A stretch of DNA of 64,000 nucleotides from Methanomassiliicoccaceae archaeon. Lineage in GTDB: Archaea > Thermoplasmatota > Thermoplasmata > Methanomassiliicoccales > Methanomassiliicoccaceae. Below are positions 38,824 through 48,980 of the stretch, one piece after another (the stretch's first letter is position 1; each line of letters opens with the position of its first letter). The notes beneath the pieces were generated by a model. That model saw only the letters and a list, made by a program, of their open reading frames with translations, was not told the DNA's origin and did not search any database. Location: contig JAXGZN010000002.1 in NCBI GenBank assembly GCA_040776945.1, positions 736,001 through 800,000 of the forward strand. Reading direction: 5' to 3'. The position numbers and the translations under genes were made by a program.

Positions 38824-40494
38824 TCACATCATCCCGGGCATGCCGCCGCCCATTCCTGGGGGCATTCCGCCGGGCATGCCGCCAGGAGGAGCGCCCGCGC
38901 CTGGGGGCATCTTCTTGGAGGCGATGACGTCATCGATCCTTAGGATCATTCCGGCCACCTCGGTCGCGGACTCGATGGCCTGGCGCTTGACCCTGAGAGG
39001 CTCGATCACGTTGGCCTCCATCATGTTGGCCGTCTCGCCGGTCTCCAGGTCAATCCCCATGTAGGCGGCGTTCTTCTTGCCCTCGTGGGCGGTCTTCAGC
39101 TTGATGACCAGGTCGATGGGGTCCAGGCCTGCGTTCTCGGCGAGGGCCCAGGGTACTATCTCCATCGCTTCAGCAAAGGCCTCGATGGCTAGTTGCTCGC
39201 GGCCGCCGACGGTGGAAGCGTAGTCTGCCAGGCGGAGAGCAAGTTCGATCTCGGGCGCGCCGCCTCCGGCAACGACCTTACCGTCCTCCAGGGCCACCCC
39301 GACGACCCTAAGGGCGTCATGCAGAGCGCGGTCGACCTCGTCGATCACGTGCTCGGTGCCGCCCCTGACGATGATGCTGATGGCCTTGGGGTTCTTGCAC
39401 CCGGTGACGAAGGTCATCATCTCCTCTCCGATCTTGCGCTCCTCGACCATATCGGCGCATCCCAGGTCGGACTTGCTGAGAGAGTCCAGGTTTCCGACGA
39501 CATTACCGCCGGTGGCCTTGGCGAGCTTCTCCATGTCCGACTCCTTGAGCCTCCGGCAGGCGTAGATGTTAGCCTTGGCGAGATAGTGCTGCACGAGGTC
39601 GTCCATGCCCTTCTGGCAGAACACCACGTTGGCGCCCACGGCCTTGATCTTGTCAACCATGCCCTTCAGCTGGGCCTCTTCCTCGTCCAGGAAGCGCTGC
39701 ATGGCCGCAGGGTCCCGGATCTGGATCTTGGCCTCGACCTCGGTCTTCTTGATCTCCAGTGCAGAGGACAGGATGACGACCTTGGCGTTCTTGACGGACT
39801 TGGGCATGCGAGGGTGGACCTTTTCCTTGTCCACGACCAGCCCGTTAATGAGCTCGGTGTCGGCGACCGTCAGGCCGGTCTTCTTCTCGATCTTGATGTT
39901 GTCGACGTTGACCTTGATCTTGCCGTCCGAGTCCTCGGCCACGGTCTTGACGGCCTTGACCGCCAGATCGGCGAGGTACTCAAGCTGGCCAGCCACGGAC
40001 TTGCCGGTCATGGCGGTCATGGCGACCTTCTTCAGGACATCGTTCCCCTTGGCGCTTACAGATATCTTCTCGAGCACCTTGATGGCCTCGGCTGCAGCGA
40101 GCTTGTAGCCGTTGGCGATGATGGTCGGGTGCACGTTGTGGTCGATCAGCCTCTCGGACTGCTTCAGCAGCTCGCCGGCGATGACCACGGAAGTGGTCGT
40201 CCCGTCCCCGCACTCGGAGTCCTGGGTCTTGGCGACCTCCACGACCATCTTGGCCGCGGGGTGCTGAACATCGATCTCCTTCAGGATGGTGACGCCGTCG
40301 TTGGTGATGACGACATCGCCGATGGAATCGACCAGCATCTTGTCCATGCCCTTCGGTCCCAAGGTGGTGCGCACCGCGTCAGCTATGGCGCGGGCCGCGG
40401 CGATGTTGTTGGCCTGAGCTTCCTTGTTCCTGGTCCGCTCAGTGCCCTCTCTTAGCACGATGATAGGTTGGCTTTGTCCTAGAGAATATGCCAT
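38824..40494 (-). CDS. Thermosome (group II chaperonin) subunit
   Basis: [27 protein letters not shown]-rich tail. Confidence 0.97.
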   Translation of the reverse strand: MAYSLGQSQPIIVLREGTERTRNKEAQANNIAAARAIADAVRTTLGPKGMDKMLVDSIGDVVITNDGVTILKEIDVQHPAAKMVVEVAKTQDSECGDGTTTSVVIAGELLKQSERLIDHNVHPTIIANGYKLAAAEAIKVLEKISVSAKGNDVLKKVAMTAMTGKSVAGQLEYLADLAVKAVKTVAEDSDGKIKVNVDNIKIEKKTGLTVADTELINGLVVDKEKVHPRMPKSVKNAKVVILSSALEIKKTEVEAKIQIRDPAAMQRFLDEEEAQLKGMVDKIKAVGANVVFCQKGMDDLVQHYLAKANIYACRRLKESDMEKLAKATGGNVVGNLDSLSKSDLGCADMVEERKIGEEMMTFVTGCKNPKAISIIVRGGTEHVIDEVDRALHDALRVVGVALEDGKVVAGGGAPEIELALRLADYASTVGGREQLAIEAFAEAMEIVPWALAENAGLDPIDLVIKLKTAHEGKKNAAYMGIDLETGETANMMEANVIEPLRVKRQAIESATEVAGMILRIDDVIASKKMPPGAGAPPGGMPGGMPPGMGGGMPGMM

Positions 40495-40622
40495 TATTAT
40501 CCTCCTTTCGTTGGGCCCGATAGTTTATCGCTTCTATATAATTGTTATGGATTCTTTGCCCTCAGGGAGCCGGTATGGCATGTTATGCCGAGCCCGGACA
40601 TCGCCTTTCCGGCCCTCCGATC

Positions 40623-41453
40623 TCAAAAGGCATCGACGACCACAATGCCGCCGTCGGTCAGCGAGCGCTTCAAGAAAGCGATCAGATCGTCATAGAACCT
40701 GTCGTCGTCAACCGATGACAAGAACTCATCGAGGGTGGACGGCGACCGCTCGGCCATGATCGAAGCCATCCTTTCCTTCATGCCGGGCCTCAGGTTCAGC
40801 CGGTCGATCATCACCGAGCGCACCCTGGTCTCGATTAATGAGTTCACAAGCCCGTCTAGATCGTGATCGGTTATGGTCGGGATAACTGGCCCGAGGAACA
40901 CATAGGTGCCTATCCCCGAATCCACCAGCGCACGGACGGCGCGGAGCCTTCGGGAAGGGGGCGGAGAGCCGGGCTCGAAGATCGCCGCCCTCTCGTCGAC
41001 AGAGGTATTCAGTGATATGCCTACCTCTGCGGAGGCCATCCGCAACAACAGATCAATGTCCCTGGTGACCAGGTCGGACTTGGTGAGTATCGATACGCTG
41101 GCGGAGGCATGGACCATCTCCTCCAGGCATTTCCGCGTGAGGTTCATCTCCTCCTCCGCCGGCTGATAGGGGTCGGTGACCGTTCCGAGGCCGATGACCC
41201 CTTTCTTTCGGAGGAGCTCCCGGGACAGCAGCCTCGTGATGTTGACCTTGGCCTGAACGTTGGTGCCCCACAACAAAGGAGGTACCCGCATTATGTAAGG
41301 GGCATAGCAGTAGACGCAGGCGTGAGAGCACTGGACATAAGGGTTCAGGGCCAGGTCCAGTCCGGGCAGGCGGGAAGGGGACAGCGCCGTGGAGCACTCC
41401 TTCCTGATTACCCGGGGGCCGCCGTCCTCTAGGAACGAGTCCAGATCAGACAT
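40623..41453 (-). CDS. SplB-like radical SAM protein (DNA-repair associated)
   Basis: LNPY..CSHACVYCYA, TDPYQP, LTKS. Confidence 0.88.
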   Translation of the reverse strand: MSDLDSFLEDGGPRVIRKECSTALSPSRLPGLDLALNPYVQCSHACVYCYAPYIMRVPPLLWGTNVQAKVNITRLLSRELLRKKGVIGLGTVTDPYQPAEEEMNLTRKCLEEMVHASASVSILTKSDLVTRDIDLLLRMASAEVGISLNTSVDERAAIFEPGSPPPSRRLRAVRALVDSGIGTYVFLGPVIPTITDHDLDGLVNSLIETRVRSVMIDRLNLRPGMKERMASIMAERSPSTLDEFLSSVDDDRFYDDLIAFLKRSLTDGGIVVVDAF

Positions 41454-42741
41454 AATCGTCCAGCCTCCTCTGGGTGAGCATGTCGGTCAGGACCGCAGAA
41501 GCGCCGATCCATCTGGCCAGGGGGATGTCCATCCTGGAGGTCACATGCTGCAGCGCCGCGGACATCGTCTCGAAGCTGTGCGGCCTCGTTCTAAGCGCCG
41601 CCCTCACGTTCTCGCGGACGTTCCATACGCCCACCGGCATGACGTAACCGGGATGGGCCTCCCGGAATATTACCGCCCCGGCCTGGCGCCTTTCGGCGGT
41701 CAGCAGTTCGTTCACCGCCAGTCTTGCCGCGTAATAGCATCCTCCGATCTCAGCGTAATCTCTCCTGCCCTCGTAGAACTCGTGCGAGCTGATGATCTCT
41801 ATGTCATGGCCCATGGGGTTCCAGGTGGTGTTGGGGTACCAGGCCTCGATGAGCTCATATTTCCAAGTGGTTGGCATGAGCAGGACGCTCCACCGGTTAT
41901 CCAGCATCTCCCAGTCATACACCCTCCAGTCCTCGATGACCGGGTTCCTTTTGGTCCCCTTCAAGAGATCCTTACCGAGTATGTCGTCCACCGCAGTGAT
42001 GGACCACCTGGTCGGCACGAAGCGGCGGTTCTTGTCGATGCCGAACGCCCCGACCGAGAACGCCTTCTGGATCTTGGAGATGAGGACCCCGTCCCGATAA
42101 AGGGCCTTCACCGCATCTGTGGCCTTCAGATCGGTATCGTAGAACGCCTTCTCCACATGATGATCGTAACGCGGGTTCCCAATGGACAGGTCCCTTAGCC
42201 TGGCCGACGGGCCGAAAGGCTGCACCTCGTCGTCCAGCACCAGCCGGCCCGAGGGCTTCTTCTGGAACCTGGCCTCGACCTCCAGAGGGTTCACGGCCAG
42301 CGCCAGGTCCCGGGTGTGATCGACAATCCGTCCATACTTCCGAAAGTCAGTGGCGTCGATGCGGTGCTTCCCCCTTACCAGGCTGAACCTGAAGTCGACT
42401 ATCTCGTCAATGGACTTCCCGACCCATCTCTCCGGCGTATCCATGATGGAGGTGTCACCCATCACTGGAGGGACCAGCGGCCCCACGTCCACCTTCGGGT
42501 ACCCGTACCTTCCCACGAAGATGCCGGGAGGGGACATCCCTGCCAGGTCCAGAGTATCGATGAGCGTTTTGGTCCTGGAGCGGGAGTAGAACTTGATCAT
42601 CAGCGGGCAGCGCTCCTTTCCGCACAGATTGCGGGAGCCCTTGCAGATGACGCATGGCGAACCGGCGGGCACCTCCAGTACCCCTGCCGTCGTAAGTGAG
42701 GTGAGGTGGTCCTCAAAGGTGCCGGGGTTGCCCTTGAACAT
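41446..42741 (-). CDS. nreA: Nre-family DNA repair protein
   Basis: CVICKG....CG...CP, FVGRYGYPKV, VPTRWSITAVD, C-terminal PIP-like QRRLDDY. Confidence 0.9.
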   Translation of the reverse strand: MFKGNPGTFEDHLTSLTTAGVLEVPAGSPCVICKGSRNLCGKERCPLMIKFYSRSRTKTLIDTLDLAGMSPPGIFVGRYGYPKVDVGPLVPPVMGDTSIMDTPERWVGKSIDEIVDFRFSLVRGKHRIDATDFRKYGRIVDHTRDLALAVNPLEVEARFQKKPSGRLVLDDEVQPFGPSARLRDLSIGNPRYDHHVEKAFYDTDLKATDAVKALYRDGVLISKIQKAFSVGAFGIDKNRRFVPTRWSITAVDDILGKDLLKGTKRNPVIEDWRVYDWEMLDNRWSVLLMPTTWKYELIEAWYPNTTWNPMGHDIEIISSHEFYEGRRDYAEIGGCYYAARLAVNELLTAERRQAGAVIFREAHPGYVMPVGVWNVRENVRAALRTRPHSFETMSAALQHVTSRMDIPLARWIGASAVLTDMLTQRRLDDYV

Positions 42742-42967
42742 CTCGCTTTCCAGCCTCTTCAGGCTATATATCGTTTATGAAATGTTCCCCGGACATCTAT
42801 GAGAGGTGCTCGGCCCGGGCCTCTGTCGCTAGGAAGGAGTTATGGTCTTAAGCGCCCCGGCCGAGCCCGCCGAGACTATAGCGGGGGGGCTTGCAGGCCT
42901 GGAGGCCATAGGCAGCGGGGAGGGCGTTCCCAGAGCGGATGTTGCCCTTTGGCTCCATGCGGACACG

Positions 42968-43933
42968 TCAGCCAGCCCAGGAGGTGATGTTGCACCATCC
43001 TGATTCCCGATAATCGCCGAACTTGACCATCCTGACATTGGCTCCCTTGAGGCTGTAGTGGCGCGCCATCATTACACCATACATCCGGGCATCTGGTGGC
43101 GAGAAGCGCGTGAGGAGCTTGGTCTTGCCCTCCTCGAGCGAACGCGTTTCGCACATGTCCATGAGATGGTCGAACGTCCTCCGGGGGTCCGGGACCCGGG
43201 GATCGATAAGGACCGCCTTCACCGAGGAGTAGGGGGCCTCCTCCCCCCTCTGATAGGTATGGAGCAGGGCGCAGCCCTGGGGTGTTCCCCCGACCTCAAG
43301 GACAAAAACGTTGCCCAGACCGTTCCTGATGATGGAGACGGCCTCGGATGCGTAGTCGAGCTGGGGATCGATCGAGCGGCTCAGCCTGCTCACGATCTCC
43401 GCGCTGCGGACGAGGTCGTCCGCGGTGAGCTCCCTAACGCTTGACAGGTCGGCCTCTTCCCGCCGGACGATCTTTTCCATTATCAACGTGATCGGTCCGG
43501 TCCTGTATCCCGAGGACAGGTAGAAGTGCAGGTTCTTGGCCATGTGGCTCATCGTTTCCAGGCCGACGACCGTGCACCCCCTCTTTAGTAGGTGAGCTTC
43601 GCAAGAGTTCAGCAGCCTCTTGCCGATCCCATGGTCCTGATAGGAAGGAAGGACCTCAAGAGGTCCCGTCCACCCGACCTGTCCCCAGGTATGGCAGAAG
43701 GCCGACCCCACGATCTTGCGCTCCACCTCTGCGACCAAGCATCCCTCGGGATCGGCCGTCATATAGGCGTTGATTATCCGCTCGGAGCGCTTAGGGTACT
43801 TGAACCTCTTACCAGTATCGTGCATGGCCAGGTCGGACCACGCAATCTGCCCGACCTCGCGCACCTCCTCTATGTCATCCGCGCTCATGGGTCTAAGGCG
43901 GACCTCCTTTTCCTTGCGCATCAGCACACCCAT
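42968..43933 (-). CDS. Tandem-domain GNAT acetyltransferase
   Basis: GPLEVLPSYQDHGIGKRLL, FYLSSGY. Confidence 0.85.
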   Translation of the reverse strand: MGVLMRKEKEVRLRPMSADDIEEVREVGQIAWSDLAMHDTGKRFKYPKRSERIINAYMTADPEGCLVAEVERKIVGSAFCHTWGQVGWTGPLEVLPSYQDHGIGKRLLNSCEAHLLKRGCTVVGLETMSHMAKNLHFYLSSGYRTGPITLIMEKIVRREEADLSSVRELTADDLVRSAEIVSRLSRSIDPQLDYASEAVSIIRNGLGNVFVLEVGGTPQGCALLHTYQRGEEAPYSSVKAVLIDPRVPDPRRTFDHLMDMCETRSLEEGKTKLLTRFSPPDARMYGVMMARHYSLKGANVRMVKFGDYRESGWCNITSWAG

Positions 43934-43937
43934 CGGC

Positions 43938-45608
43938 TCACTTCCTCCAGGCCCTTCCCTTCAGCTGCTGGGAGGTCAAGGAGTTCAGCACCCTCTCCCG
44001 GCCCAGCAGGGCCTTGCGGGCCATGATCACCGCCCATCTCCAGTTGTCCATCTCATCAGCGAAGGCGGCATCGGTGCCCAGGGAATAGAACGCTCCTGAC
44101 TCATAAACATTGAACGCGTCATTATCGGAAAGGTCCAGCCGATCGGGGGAGGCGTTCATCTCCAGGGCGATCCTCCTCTCCGCGGCCCTCTCCGCCACCC
44201 TGGACAGGTCCATGCCATTGCCCTCCCGCAGGCCGATCACCCTTCCTGTGGGGTGGCCCAGCACATCCATGTTGGGATCCTCCATCGCCCGCATTACCCT
44301 GGCCTCCATCTCCGCAGGCGCCATTTCCAGCTTGGTATTGACCGAGGCCACCACCAGGTCCAGTCCGTCAAGGAGGCCGGAAGGGGCGTCCAGTCGCCCG
44401 TCGGGGGTGATGTCCACCTCGGCCCCCTTGAGGACCGTTGTTCCGAAAGCGTCCTGGACCTCATCGATGAGCGTGTTCCGGCGGTCGAACGCTTCGGCGT
44501 CCATGTGCCGCCCGATGCGGTCGCAGAGGCAGATGTACCGGTGCCCTATCGCCCCGGCCGCCCTGGCCATCTCCCTGACCCTCAGAACGCCGTCGAAGGA
44601 CGAGCATCTAACGTGCAGGTCCCCCTGGAGGTCCTCATCGGACAGGGGGAGGTCGGCGGCCTCACGGCCCTCTCTCATCTCTGGCGGCACGAACGGGAGG
44701 CCCAGGCGCGCATAGATCTCCTCCTCGGTGGCCGCACGCTTCAGCGCCGGAGAGCTCAGGCGCGTACCGGCCCTCTTGGCGGCCTCGGAGAGCTCGCGGA
44801 GGTGGGCATCCGTCCCGGTGGCCTGCAGAAGCTCCCATGCGAAATGGTCGTTCGTCACTCGGCGGACCATGCATGCCGCGCCCGAGCGCGTCTTACCTAT
44901 GGCCTGCTCCCGCTCCACCATGGTAAGGTCGATTATCTCAGGCGATAGCCCGAACTGCGCGACCACCAGGTCCGGGGTGTCCGAGGAGAACAACAGGGTT
45001 ATATTGGCCACAGATGTGACGAGCCTTCTCGCCGGTCCGGCCAGCTCGATCTTGGATAGGCCCGAACCGGCCATCAGCTCCTCCATTATCGCGACCGCTG
45101 AGCGCAGGGCGTATGGTGTCGGGACGTCCGCGGCCTCCTCTCGCCTCCAGACCAACCAATCCATCGTCCTTTGCTGCACGTCCTCGCCGATTTCCGGAAG
45201 ATCGGCCAAACGGCCCTCGCGCAGGGCCCTGAGAAGCTCATCTATGGTGCGCACTCCCAGCAGACGGTCCAGGTCAGCGATCCTGCGGAAGCCCAGAGAG
45301 GGCATGTCACGGAAGGTCTGGAGGTCCTCGGGGAGCAGGTCCTTGACCGCTTCCAGCGCCTCGATCCTGCCGGTTTCGAGAAGTTCTTCCAGCTTCTGCT
45401 CGATGCTATCGCCCACGCCTTCGATCTCCCGGAGACCTCCCCGGTCACGGACCGAGCGGAGCGGTTCGTTCAGGGCCTCTATGCTCCGGGCCGCCTTCAT
45501 GTACGAGTTGGCCCTCCATCTCTCCCCCTGGATCTCCATGGCCAGAGCGAGATCGAAAAATATGTCGGCCGCCCTGCGGTTGTCTGACCTGCCCTTCATG
45601 ACTCGCAT
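43938..45608 (-). CDS. PolX-PHP homologue with degenerate active sites
   Basis: HhH GVGDSI, AGPARR, EEEIYARLGLPFVPPEMRE, GHPTGR; catalytic residues substituted. Confidence 0.88.
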   Translation of the reverse strand: MRVMKGRSDNRRAADIFFDLALAMEIQGERWRANSYMKAARSIEALNEPLRSVRDRGGLREIEGVGDSIEQKLEELLETGRIEALEAVKDLLPEDLQTFRDMPSLGFRRIADLDRLLGVRTIDELLRALREGRLADLPEIGEDVQQRTMDWLVWRREEAADVPTPYALRSAVAIMEELMAGSGLSKIELAGPARRLVTSVANITLLFSSDTPDLVVAQFGLSPEIIDLTMVEREQAIGKTRSGAACMVRRVTNDHFAWELLQATGTDAHLRELSEAAKRAGTRLSSPALKRAATEEEIYARLGLPFVPPEMREGREAADLPLSDEDLQGDLHVRCSSFDGVLRVREMARAAGAIGHRYICLCDRIGRHMDAEAFDRRNTLIDEVQDAFGTTVLKGAEVDITPDGRLDAPSGLLDGLDLVVASVNTKLEMAPAEMEARVMRAMEDPNMDVLGHPTGRVIGLREGNGMDLSRVAERAAERRIALEMNASPDRLDLSDNDAFNVYESGAFYSLGTDAAFADEMDNWRWAVIMARKALLGRERVLNSLTSQQLKGRAWRK

Positions 45609-45621
45609 TGCCGTCCTTTGA

Positions 45622-46473
45622 TCATTTGCAGCGCCGGCATCTTAAGCTTATGAGCCCGGCGGTCGCTCCCGCTCCCACTCCGTTGTCGATGTTCACCACC
45701 GCCAGTCCGGGGGAGCAGGATTGGAGCATGGTCATGAGCGCTCCTTCACCTCTGCCTCCGGCGCCGTAGCCCACCGAGGTCGGGACCCCTATGATCGGGA
45801 CGTCCGCCAGCGATGACACGACAGAGGCCAGGGCGCCCTCCATCCCCGCGACCACGACCAACGCGTCCACGCCTTTCTCGAGCATGTTCAACAAGGGATC
45901 GAGAAGACGGTGCGGTCCAGCGATCCCTACGTCATATGCGATGGCCACCTCCACCCCCATGGCCTCCGCGACCACTCTGGCCTCCTCGGCCACTTGGATG
46001 TCCGAGGTCCCGGCGGCGAGTATGCCTATCAATCCTTGCGGTTCCCGTTCCGATCGCCGGTCCACAACGATCATGGAGGCCGCCTCCTCATATCGCACTA
46101 TGTCCTCTCCGACCGCCTGGCGCACTGCCTCCAAATGCTCCGGGCCGGCCCGGGAGATGATCAGATGGTTCTTGTCCCTGAGCGCCTGGGAGACTATCTC
46201 GGCCAGAGTCGAAGGCGGCTTGCTCTCGCCGAAGATCACCTCGGGAACGTCCTTCCGTTCCGCGCGGCAGGGGTCGAACAGAGTGTGCTCGCCTATCCTC
46301 CGTATGTAGTCCAGGCGAAGAAGCTTCTCGGCCTCGTCAGCGTCGATCTCTCCGTTCTTGTAGCTCTCCAGCACGTCCCGGGCCCTCATGGTCCCCTTCA
46401 TCGTATGCTCCGCCTTAAATTGTTCCGCCCTTCCCGTGCGACCAAGGTAAACGATTTTAGGGTCTGGGACCAT
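45622..46473 (-). CDS. larB: Nickel-pincer cofactor biosynthesis protein LarB
   Basis: PEVIFGESK, AGTSD, DVGIAG.HRL, AGMEGAL, VPTSVGYG, VVNIDNG; true start probably ~46389. Confidence 0.92.
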   Translation of the reverse strand: MVPDPKIVYLGRTGRAEQFKAEHTMKGTMRARDVLESYKNGEIDADEAEKLLRLDYIRRIGEHTLFDPCRAERKDVPEVIFGESKPPSTLAEIVSQALRDKNHLIISRAGPEHLEAVRQAVGEDIVRYEEAASMIVVDRRSEREPQGLIGILAAGTSDIQVAEEARVVAEAMGVEVAIAYDVGIAGPHRLLDPLLNMLEKGVDALVVVAGMEGALASVVSSLADVPIIGVPTSVGYGAGGRGEGALMTMLQSCSPGLAVVNIDNGVGAGATAGLISLRCRRCK

Positions 46474-46481
46474 GACCGCGC

Positions 46482-47300
46482 ATGGAACGTCCAGAGCGGC
46501 TAGAGCGGCTGAGGCATATCATCAGGGATATGGGCGAGGCCGCCGTCGCCTATTCCGGAGGGGCTGACAGCACCCTTGTGCTCCGGATCGCAAGGGACGA
46601 GCTGGGGGAAAAGGCCGCGGCGATCATCTGCTCGACCGGTCTAATGGCACAGAGAGAGGTCGAGGAGGCCGTAGCCGCCGCTCGAGGGCTCGGAGCAGAG
46701 GTTAGAGTGGTGGAAGCGGACCTGTTGGCCCGTCCGGATATCGCTCGCAACCCCCCGGACCGGTGCTATCTGTGCAAGCGGGCCATCATCGAGAGCATCG
46801 GGGAGGCGGCGTCGGGAATGGGGCTCCGAATCATTGCTGACGGGACGCATTGTGGCGATGAGGACGGGGACAGGCCGGGGATGAGGGCGCTCCGCGAGCA
46901 TGGCGTCCGATCGCCTTTGGCCGAGGCGGGGATGGACAAGGCGGACGTTCGTGAAGTCTCTCGGGCGCTCGGCCTGTCGACGATGTCAAGGCCGTCATCC
47001 CCCTGCCTCGCTACCAGGATTCCCTTCGGGGAGGCCATCACGAGAGAGAGGCTCAGGCAAGTGGACGAGGCCGAGCGCCTCCTCAGGCAGCTGGGTTATG
47101 GCCAGGTGAGGGTGCGGCATCATGGCCCCATCGCTCGTGTAGAGGTCGAGGAGAGGTTTCTCTCCAGAGCACTTGAGGACCGGGAGATCATCATCTCCGG
47201 GCTGAGGGAACTGGGCTTTACCTACGTGGTGTTGGACCTGGCCGGGTTCCGCTCAGGCAGCATGTCCGAGCCTGTGGCTGGGCCGGTTGCGCGGCCATAG
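46482..47300 (+). CDS. larE: ATP-dependent sulfur transferase LarE
   Basis: AYSGGADS, NPPDRCYLCK, RPGMRA, CLATRIP, GFRSGSM. Confidence 0.92.
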   Translation: MERPERLERLRHIIRDMGEAAVAYSGGADSTLVLRIARDELGEKAAAIICSTGLMAQREVEEAVAAARGLGAEVRVVEADLLARPDIARNPPDRCYLCKRAIIESIGEAASGMGLRIIADGTHCGDEDGDRPGMRALREHGVRSPLAEAGMDKADVREVSRALGLSTMSRPSSPCLATRIPFGEAITRERLRQVDEAERLLRQLGYGQVRVRHHGPIARVEVEERFLSRALEDREIIISGLRELGFTYVVLDLAGFRSGSMSEPVAGPVARP

Positions 47301-47391
47301 CCGGTCGATGCTTCGTTAGTGTACCTTCAGCATCAGCGATCTCGAACGAGTATAATAAGAGAGAAATACCCTCGCCTCGCCTCTATCGATC

Positions 47392-47955
47392 ATGCGCATC
47401 ATGACCACCTTGCTCTCCTATGACCACGGCATCCTGAGGCAGGTCCTGGATGTGATAAATGATATTGCAGTGGAGGGCACGCTCGAGAGATATCGGGACC
47501 TGATGCCCGAGATATCCGATTTCCTCTTGGACTTCATGGGGCGATATCACCACGGGAGAGAGGAGTTGTTCCTGTTCCCGGCCGCGGAGGGCTCGTCCGA
47601 GAGCATAAGAGCGATGATACCTTGGATGATCGATGAGCATCGGACCGTAAAGGGCTATGCAGAAGCGATAGCGGACAACGTGGCCGAGTGGGAGACCGGA
47701 CCACTGGCCCAGAACATCATCGACCTAGTGGCCCACATGGTGGACCATATAAAGGAAGAGGAGGACGTTCTCTTCCCGGGCCTGCAAAGCTCTATAGGGC
47801 CTGAAGCGGACCTCACGGCGTTCGAGCGATCGCAGGCGTTCATCGCGGATGAGTTCGGGGAGGACGTGATCAAAAGGGGAGAGGAACTTGCCGGTCGGCT
47901 TCAGCGCAGGGTGTGGGGAGATAGGACCATAAGACCTTTGTCGCCGGAGAGGTGA
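47392..47955 (+). CDS. Hemerythrin/HHE domain protein
   Basis: DH, YHHGREE..LFP, EH, HIKEEE..LFP. Confidence 0.85.
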   Translation: MRIMTTLLSYDHGILRQVLDVINDIAVEGTLERYRDLMPEISDFLLDFMGRYHHGREELFLFPAAEGSSESIRAMIPWMIDEHRTVKGYAEAIADNVAEWETGPLAQNIIDLVAHMVDHIKEEEDVLFPGLQSSIGPEADLTAFERSQAFIADEFGEDVIKRGEELAGRLQRRVWGDRTIRPLSPER

Positions 47956-48237
47956 TCGCCTCCAATTGGAGGCGCTGACCAGCGCCTGGTCCTTGAGATC
48001 GGCCGGTTCGCCGCCGCCTTGATCAGGCCCATAAGGTCCTTGGGCGATGCGGCTCCCTGAAGATAACCTCTATACACGTCCCTTAGCTCTTTGGGTCCCG
48101 GGACCGGCAGGCCCATCCGCATAAGGGCAGCATCCGGAGGACATCGGTGCAGACGCGGCCTTGGGCTGATGGTGCGGTTATGGGGCCTCAAGGACCCTTT
48201 CCAACGGGCCGCGGGGAACAGGCAGCAGGGTGAAAAA

Positions 48238-48344
48238 TGGCGCCGAGGGAGAGATTTGAACTCCCGTGGCGGAGACCGCCAGTGGTTCGCTCGGAGATCT
48301 CGTTCTTTCGAGACCACCGCCTTACCGGGCTAGACTACCTCGGC
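48238..48344 (-). tRNA. tRNA-Ser(CGA) with a 19-nt intron at 37/38 and encoded CCA
   Basis: GCCGAGG acceptor stem, GTGGT-CT-CGA-A[AGAACGAGATCTCCGAGCG]A-ACCAC, long variable arm, GTTCAAAT T-loop. Confidence 0.92.
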
Positions 48345-48493
48345 CTTGGGTATGGCAGAATCGTAATCACATATAAGTCATTTCCTAGCTCATGGGCGCC
48401 GATCAGCCTTCGGTAAGGGTCCGATGTCCTCCACCTAGGCGGGGTCGGTTCAGAATGGAAACGATGAAATCCACGAGCGCCTTCCGCTTCCTC

Positions 48494-48694
48494 ATGAGGA
48501 TCAACGTCGAAGGCCGAGGGGGGGCGGAAAGGATCGAGGTGCCGGACGGCTCCTCGCCGATGGACGTTCTCGCCGCCCTTTCCCTGCTGCCGGACGCTCA
48601 CATCATCCTGAGGGACGGCATCCCTATCCCAATAGATGAGCGCTTGAGCGACGGCGACTCCCTTAGGCTCATCAAGGTGGCCTCGGGAGGTTGA
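48494..48694 (+). CDS. Ubiquitin-like sulfur carrier (MoaD/ThiS/SAMP)
   Basis: 66 aa ending LSDGDSLRLIKVASGG. Confidence 0.85.
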   Translation: MRINVEGRGGAERIEVPDGSSPMDVLAALSLLPDAHIILRDGIPIPIDERLSDGDSLRLIKVASGG

Positions 48695-48980
48695 CCCAGC
48701 TGCCATTAGGGTCCCTGGTCGGGCTCTTTTAGGCCTGTACCGGCCTGGAAAGTTTTATAAATAACATTCGCCCCTATCGGGTCGAAACGACTTCCTCACA
48801 AGATTGATTTCATGCTCACTATCATCATCACCGCTCGCATTGAGGCGAGCCATATGGACCAACTCCCGGTTTCGCCCTTCGATCGGTTCGGGCGACGGGC
48901 CGGGAAAACAAAGCGGATAGAATAGCGTGCGTTCTTGTCGCCGGGACGGTCGTTTTCGAACAAACTGAGGTGTAACCATA

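Noticed and set aside
48238-48344. tRNA-Ser as the attachment site of the left-hand element
   Set aside because: No duplicate of its 3' end was seen elsewhere in the window and it is flanked by host genes
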